Of a stretch of DNA of 14,440 nucleotides, positions 8,506 through 14,440 are shown piece after piece. The notes below the pieces were generated by a model. The model had not been told where the DNA came from. It ran no database searches and worked only from the letters and a program-made list of their open reading frames with translations. Numbering within the stretch: the first letter of the stretch is position 1; the number at the start of each line of letters is the position of its first letter. This DNA is from Octopus sinensis. Its lineage: Eukaryota. The translations under genes were made by a program, and so were the position numbers. The stretch spans positions 1 to 14,440 of the forward strand of contig NW_021825804.1 in the NCBI RefSeq assembly GCF_006345805.1. Direction: 5' to 3'.

Positions 8506-9777
8506 GAGGGCTGGGCATGCCGTGGTTGATGATGCGCAGACACGCGCTGAGACTGCGACATCTCTGGCTCTATGTAGACGACGGTGAACAGGCGTGGTCG
8601 CCGTTTGTGAGGCACGCTTTCCCGCAGCTCGTCTCCATGACCGAACTGCAGTCGTGGATCAAAAAGAGGCCGAAGAAGGGCGAATGGCATCGCGAGTGTC
8701 GCGTTGCTCTCAAGCAACTCTGCCGTCCTGGGTCGACCTTGAGTGACTTCAACACAACCAAAGCATTCTATAGGGGTTTAGTGGAGGGGAGGTACGACGA
8801 CGAGCTCGGGGCGAACCTGGACGTCGACGAGGAGTACCTCACCCGCCTGTTCAGGACGACTTTCGGGCCAGGGCCCATGGACAACTTCCAGAGATCCCTG
8901 GCCTGGCAGTGCTACCGAGAAGCGCTACCCGTTCGGGATAAGCTCTACAGACACGGCTCGAGAAACACGGGGCCGACCTGCCCGAGATGCGGTCAGAGCG
9001 ACGAAACCGTTCTGCACGCACTCGTGCAGTGTCCAACACTTTCCGACCTGTGGGCTTATGTCGAACAACTGCTGTCACGTGTGGGACGAGTCGGTTTATC
9101 AGCTGAATCTATCGTTAATATTGTCACGCCTCCCTCCTTCAAACGGGAAGGAAGAGCTATTTTCATCATCCTTGTGGCTATGGCGAAAGAATGTATCTGG
9201 TGGACGCGTCTGAAAGGATGGAGACAAACACTTTCCTCTCTGGTCAATCTCTCATCAACTTCTTCAAGTACCACTTGAAAAGAAAAGTGAGAGTAGAGAG
9301 GCAAGTTTTGTCTAGCGAAATGTTTTTAAAAAAAGATGGGTGAATGTAGCAAGAAGGCACGTATGAATGACGAAGCCCACCTTGAGCATGATCCTATGAA
9401 CCCAGAAATTGAAAACAGAGAGTTGCTTATTTGCCAAAAAAAAAAAAGAAATATAACATGGACTCCATTGACCGAGGTTACCGTGGTCTTTTCCGTAGCT
9501 TTTCTTTCCACGGGTAAACCTCACCTGTCTCCCCTTGACACTTCATATTGACATTTCTGTGATAACGATCCCTATTGATCAATTTTTTTTTTTTTTTCTT
9601 CCTCCTCCCCGTTTTTTTAACCCCCCTTTTTTGTCCTCTTCTCTCCTTTTACGATCCTTTTGATCGAAACTCCCCCTTCCTATTTTTCTTTTTTTTGTTT
9701 TTTTTAACCTTCAAAGAAAAGCTCTACCTGTAATTTGTTCTATCTGTGTGCAGCCCTGTGTGGCTAATAAAGAAACA
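8506..9777 (+). mobile_element. 5'-truncated L1/Tx1-clade LINE (ORF2 C-terminus + 3' UTR) inserted in (TATC)n
   Basis: Starts at GLGMP (8508-8522; the GGLG-x-P motif after the RT). Contains a zf-RVT-type knuckle CPRCGQSDETVLHALVQC (8979-9032). The reading continues after a -1 shift near 9218 (METNTFLSGQSLINFFKYHLKRKVRVERQVL). T-rich 3' UTR ends in AATAAAGAAAC (9766-9776). Confidence 0.85.
8517..9278 (+). pseudogene. Open remnant of LINE ORF2 C-terminal domain (zinc knuckle)
   Basis: 253-aa ORF with FQRSLAWQCYREALPVRDKL...CPRC...H...C typical of L1/Tx1 ORF2 ends. The last ~20 aa are out of frame. Confidence 0.82.
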
Positions 9778-9826
<49 letters not shown>

Positions 9827-9827
9827 G

Positions 9828-9870
<43 letters not shown>

Positions 9871-9943
9871 CTCTATCTATCTATATGTTTGTCTGTCTGT
9901 CTATCTATCTATGTATCTATCTATCTATCTATAAGTCTGTGTG

Positions 9944-9989
<46 letters not shown>

Positions 9990-10045
9990 CATATATATAT
10001 TTGTCTATGTATCTATCAGTCTATTTATCTATCTATTTATCTGTT
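9778..10045. repeat. (TATC)n/(TGTC)n, downstream flank of the Tx1-like LINE
   Basis: Directly visible. Confidence 0.97.
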
Positions 10046-10189
10046 TCTCTCTCTCCCATCTCACTTCAGTTTTGCGTTCTATTCTATATATTAATATCTC
10101 TTAACAAATCCATATATAAATATGAACATACATATCTGCATAAATTTATTCGCGAGGAGTACTGGACATAGTATTCTATACATACTTAC

Positions 10190-10580
10190 CTATATATATA
10201 TATTATATATATATATATATATTATATATATATATAATATATATATATATATATAAATAATCTTACGTACACACACACACACACGCAAACACACATACAT
10301 ACACATATATATATGTCTTTACATACATTAACATATATACAAATATATGAAACATCCTGGTTGACATCCTGGTAAAAAGCTGCTCTAATTAGCATTGTGC
10401 AGCCTCAAAATGTACGCATCCTACTTATTTATATAACATACACACATACATATTCATTTCACAAATACCTAAGTGCAAAAACACGCATATACGCATGAAC
10501 GCAAATACATGCACACACATTTACATATATATATATATATACACACACACACGCCATGTATAGTTTTATATATAAAAGAC
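10190..10580. repeat. (TA)n/(CA)n microsatellites interspersed with short unique sequence
   Basis: Directly visible. Confidence 0.9.
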
Positions 10581-11039
10581 AAGCAACGATATATTTTTAA
10601 ACATCATTCAGTTATTTACTTATTAGTTTTTTTTTCCTTTTTTATTGTCGCCTTACGCATGCAAATAAGTGAACATGAATGTTAAAAGCAAACAGCTTAT
10701 TGAGTCTCCATTTGTGGTTAGCAAATCCGCGGGGAAAAGCTCTAACAGGAAACTAGGACGTGCAGAGTTTCACAAAGTTCCGAAGAATTTCTTAAGGGAT
10801 TAGAAAGAATTTTGCGCTAGTTGAATCAAATATTATAATATTGTAATGACAGTGAAATATTCGTTCAGAAGATAAGTGGGTTCAAATAAGTCTTTGAGAC
10901 TTGAAATACCAGTAGAGAATACCATAACTTGGTGCCAGTATTTCTTTCAATATTGGACTAATATTGTGATATTTAGGTAACGTGTCTCTATACAGATGCG
11001 CTCCAACACCCATACACGTGTACACTATTACCCCACACA

Positions 11040-11185
11040 TACGCATGTGTGCACATAAATATAAATAAATATATACGTATATGTGTGTGTGTGTGAAATA
11101 GTGAGTGAGTGTGTGTGTGTCTGTATGTGTATGTATTTGTATATATATGTATCTCTCTCTCTCTCTCTCTGTATATATATATATA

Positions 11186-11222
<37 letters not shown>

Positions 11223-11277
11223 TTATATATGTATGTATATATATGTGTATGTATGCATGTATGTATGTATACATATA
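11040..11277. repeat. Compound (TG)/(CT)/(TA)/(TATG) microsatellite
   Basis: Directly visible. Contiguous with the SINE family 2 core. Confidence 0.95.
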
Positions 11278-11408
11278 CGACTGGCATCTTTCAGTTTCCG
11301 TCAACCAAATTCTCTCATAAGGTTTTGGTTAGCCTGGGGCTCTAGTAGAAGACACGCAGTAGGACTGAACCTGGAACCGTGTCGTTAGGAATAAGACTTC
11401 TTACCGCC
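11272..11408 (-). mobile_element. tRNA-derived SINE family 2, 5' half (head + core), running into a TA/TG microsatellite
   Basis: Minus strand has B-box-like GGTTCAGTCCT (plus 11361-11371), then TCTTCTACTAGAGCC...CCAAAACCTTATGAGAGAATTTGGTTGACGGAAACTGAAAGATGCCAGTCG, homologous to ~7580-7650. Confidence 0.8.
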
Positions 11409-11915
11409 TATGAATATGTATTGTATGTGTGTGTGTGTGTGTGTATGTGTGTGCGTGCTAGGCTCAACGTATACACACCGTGTACAGGCTAGGTGCAGCA
11501 GTATTCGTCCCACGATAACATTTCTTATAGGTGTGTTGTGTCAACAAAACATGTATCAGAGGAAAACGAAAACTCTCCCCAGTAGCGGCCAGCAAGTACA
11601 CCAGATGTATTTCAGCCTTATTGGCTTTTCAATAACAAGTACTTGTGACTAACCACATACTCAGAGAAAAACCACCACGTCTCCAGTTTAGTTGCGAACA
11701 GTTGCTGGGCTGAATAAAAGTCGGTTACGATACTGAGTCTTTCCTAAATTTAAATAGCCATCTATGTATCATACTTGATGTATATACACTTTTGATGGGC
11801 CAGTTACTACGGTATTCAACTTATGACAACATCTCTTATGGACGTGCTATGTCAAAAATGCAATAAATCTCGAAGGGAGACAAAAATTACGGCAGTGGTC
11901 AAAAGAGCATAGTAG

Positions 11916-12145
11916 AGCTGCGTGGGTTAGTTGTTAAGGTGTTTAGACTCATGATCGTAAGTTTCGATAACTGGGCCGGGTGACACGTTATGGTCTTGAG
12001 CAAATCACTTCATGTCACGTTGCTCCCGACCACTCAGCGTCCCGTCCAGGAGGAGAATATATACGCCATTGAAACCGGGAAACTGGACCTTATGAGTCGA
12101 TATGGATCGAGAAGGTAACTTTACCGTTCCTTTTTCTTACCTTTT
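11916..12145 (+). mobile_element. tRNA-derived SINE, family 3, copy a
   Basis: A-box-like TGGGTTAGTTG (11923-11933), GACTCATGATC, B-box-like GTTTCGATAAC (11961-11971), CTTGAGCAAATCACTTCAT, GAAACCGGGAAAC, and a TTACC-type tail. Homologous to two neighbouring copies. Confidence 0.78.
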
Positions 12146-12325
12146 GCCACAAGAACATCAGGTCCTCATTGTTCTGGGTGCTTTTGTAGTCGCGAGAAGA
12201 TATAACCTCTTCGACCTTCCACTCCTTAGCTCAGCGAATTGTCGAAGATGTAAATACTAAAAAAGGGAGCTGCGGCAACACTACGTTGCTAGTTATTTTA
12301 TAGGGGATTAAACTGCAGCGGGAAG

Positions 12326-12955
12326 GGGCGTGGTCGAGTGATTGGGGTGTTGTACTTAATTAAGTATGAATGTCATTTCGATACCAGGACCGGGCGCTGC
12401 ATTGTGGTCTTAAGCAGTTCACTTCATTTCACATTACTCTAGTCCATCATCATCATCACCATAATCATCATCAATATCATCATGATTGTCACCATGATCA
12501 TCATCCTTATCGTCATGATCATTATCCTCATCGTCATCAACTTCATCATTATCATTATCATCATCATCATCATTATGATTATCTTCGTATATCATTATCG
12601 TCTTCGCTTTCATCATCATCATCATCATCGTCAACATCATCATCAACATAATCATCGTCATCAATATGATGATGATCATCATTATCATGATCACCATTGT
12701 TATCATGATCATCATCATGGTCATCATGATTATCATCGTCATCATCGTCATTGTCATCGTCATCATCAACACCATCATCATTTAATATCCGTTTCACATG
12801 CTTGCATAGCTTGCGCCGTTCACTCTGCCGTAAATGAATTCCAGCAATACCTGGGAAATTAATTCTGCGGCGTCTCATTCACAGTTGTACCTGTAATCTC
12901 AATCCGTTATACGCAATGGAAACCGTGAAAAGCTTCAGCCTTACGAGTCCCATGG
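12326..12955 (+). mobile_element. SINE family 3, copy b, split into 12326-12446 and ~12818-12955 by a (CAT)n-rich insertion
   Basis: The 5' half has TGGTCGAGTGA, TTTCGATACC and CACTTCATTTCAC. In the 3' half, TATACGCAATGGAAACCGTGAAA (12908-12930) matches 12059-12081 and CCTTACGAGTC matches CCTTATGAGTC. Confidence 0.65.
12445..12782. repeat. Degenerate (CAT)n tract
   Basis: Directly visible. Confidence 0.96.
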
Positions 12956-12982
12956 CTGAACCCAAACCTAAGTCTGCGGATA

Positions 12983-13100
12983 GACTGGAGCAACGTAAAA
13001 CGAAACACTCAGCTCAAGGATACAATGCGTAACCAAGGCTACAGATCGAACACATGACGTTATGATCATGAGCCTGCTACCTAAACCACTAAGCCAAGTG
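12983..13100 (-). mobile_element. SINE family 3, copy c (5' half, inverted)
   Basis: Minus strand has a canonical A-box TGGCTTAGTGG (plus 13086-13096), GGCTCATGATC, B-box-like GTTCGATCT (plus 13043-13051), and CTTGAGC...ACGTTGCTCCAGTC. Confidence 0.75.
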
Positions 13101-13284
13101 ACTAAAATTGCTTTGTGGTAAGTTGATCCGAAGGAGAAAGGGACAATTCGCTGCTGTTGAAGCAAATATATGGGCATCCCTGGCAAATATAATTGGGGGT
13201 TGTGGTGGTGATTATGGACGGGGTGGAGATATTTCGAGGCGATATTTGCCTAAGAGAATGAATAACATGAAAGTTGATTAAACA

Positions 13285-13725
13285 ACAATACAAAAGAGGA
13301 AGAAAAAGAAAAAAGGAGGAGGAGGAGAAGAAGAAGAAGAAAGAGAAGAAGAAGAACAAGGACAAGAACAACAACAACAACAACAACAACAGCAAGAAGA
13401 TTAAAGAAGAGGAGGAGGAGATGGTACAGATGAAAATTAATATAAATATGATGGATAATGACAAATGTGATGATGGTGGTGGTAGTGATGATGGTAATGA
13501 TGATGATAAAGATTTTGATGATGACGATACTGTTGATGATGAAGACGGCTATGATGATGATAATGAGGAGGATGATGTGGTGTTGGTGGGGATGACGAAG
13601 TACAGGAAAGAGGGAAGCGAAAACAGCAACAAAAACAACAATAACAATAACAATTACAAGGCAGCAGCAAAAGCAGAAACCACAGCAAAGGCGAAGACAA
13701 CAACAACAACAACAACTGAGGCAAC
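13285..13725. repeat. Compound trinucleotide tract (GAG/AAG/AAC/GAT)n
   Basis: Directly visible. Confidence 0.93.
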
Positions 13726-13927
13726 AATCGTAATTAAATTCAGAGCAGACATATTGGCGGGTGGAGATAAGGGTAGAAACAAGGCAAGTTGTTATGTCAC
13801 TGTTGTTCTGAAGAAGTAAAATAATATGGAGTATAGAAATAATAGAAACCTATGGTAGAAGCCTTCATCGAAGCTCATGCTAAGTTTTTCTTACACAAGC
13901 CTGGAGGAAGAAGAAAAGCAAACAGAT

Positions 13928-14440
13928 AAACATATACATACTTATATGTATGTTTATATGTACGTAAATATATATATTATATATATATAATATATATATG
14001 TATATATGTATGCATGTTATATGCACGTACATATATATATTATACATGTTTGTATTTATACAGAAGATATATATGTATATGTATGTATGGTATATATGTA
14101 TGCATGTATGTATGTATACATATATATAATATATATATATATATATTATATATATATATATATACATGCATACATATATATCCATGTACATCTACAGGCA
14201 CACACACAGAGATATATACAAATATATGTATATAGATAGGAGAGTGCATATATATCTTAACATATAAAAGTATGTACATATATACACATATGTATATATA
14301 AATCTTTATATATACATAAGTATATATAATATATATGTTTGTGTGTACAAATGTATATATACATGCGCGCGCGCACACTCGTATATATATGCATATATAT
14401 AATATATATATATAAATACATGTATATATATAAATATATA
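13928..14440. repeat. (TA)n/(TATG)n/(CA)n microsatellite to the window end
   Basis: Directly visible. Confidence 0.96.

Noticed and set aside
8496-9304. Several antisense ORFs over the LINE remnant
   Set aside because: Shadow ORFs of a GC-rich coding strand.
10640-11900. Unique stretches (10640-11000, 11480-11900) tested as possible exons
   Set aside because: Candidate AG/GT-bounded segments have stops or give unrecognisable peptides, so there is no support.
12370-12878. His-rich, Asp-rich and Met/Ile-rich ORFs
   Set aside because: These are the reading frames of the (CAT)n tract lying inside a SINE.
13182-13250. 9-bp inverted repeat GGCAAATAT/ATATTTGCC around a G-rich spacer (mini-MITE?)
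   Set aside because: Too short, with no target-site duplication and no second copy.
13274-13819. 181-aa K/E/D/N/T-rich ORF
   Set aside because: Compound trinucleotide microsatellite with no recognisable domain or convincing splice context.
7964-13862. Exact 13-mer CTATGGTAGAAGC at 7964-7976 and 13850-13862
   Set aside because: About one or two such matches are expected by chance in 14 kb, and there is no extended homology.

Overview
Eukaryotic, AT-rich, extremely microsatellite-dense non-coding DNA. It is most likely from an octopus or other coleoid cephalopod, judging by SINE families I recognise from memory (not verified by search). I can support no host gene. Nearly all ORFs in the supplied track are translations of (TA)n/(CA)n/(TATC)n/trinucleotide repeats. 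The real content is decayed retroelements: (1) a ~2.1-kb 5'-truncated R4/Dong-clade non-LTR retrotransposon (RT, CCHC knuckle, restriction-like endonuclease) at ~950-3056 (+) with a (TAA)n tail; (2) a 2.1-kb 'train' at 5326-7448 in which four minus-strand 3' fragments from three distinct R4/Dong-like families, plus an orphan 557-bp element, are each separated by (TTA)n (one spacer is mostly (CAT)n); (3) a 5'-truncated L1/Tx1-clade LINE at 8506-9777 embedded in (TATC)n on both sides; (4) about eight copies or fragments of three tRNA-derived SINE families. The most interesting signals are the same-strand, microsatellite-targeted insertion chain and the short fold-back inverted duplications at two 5' truncation junctions.
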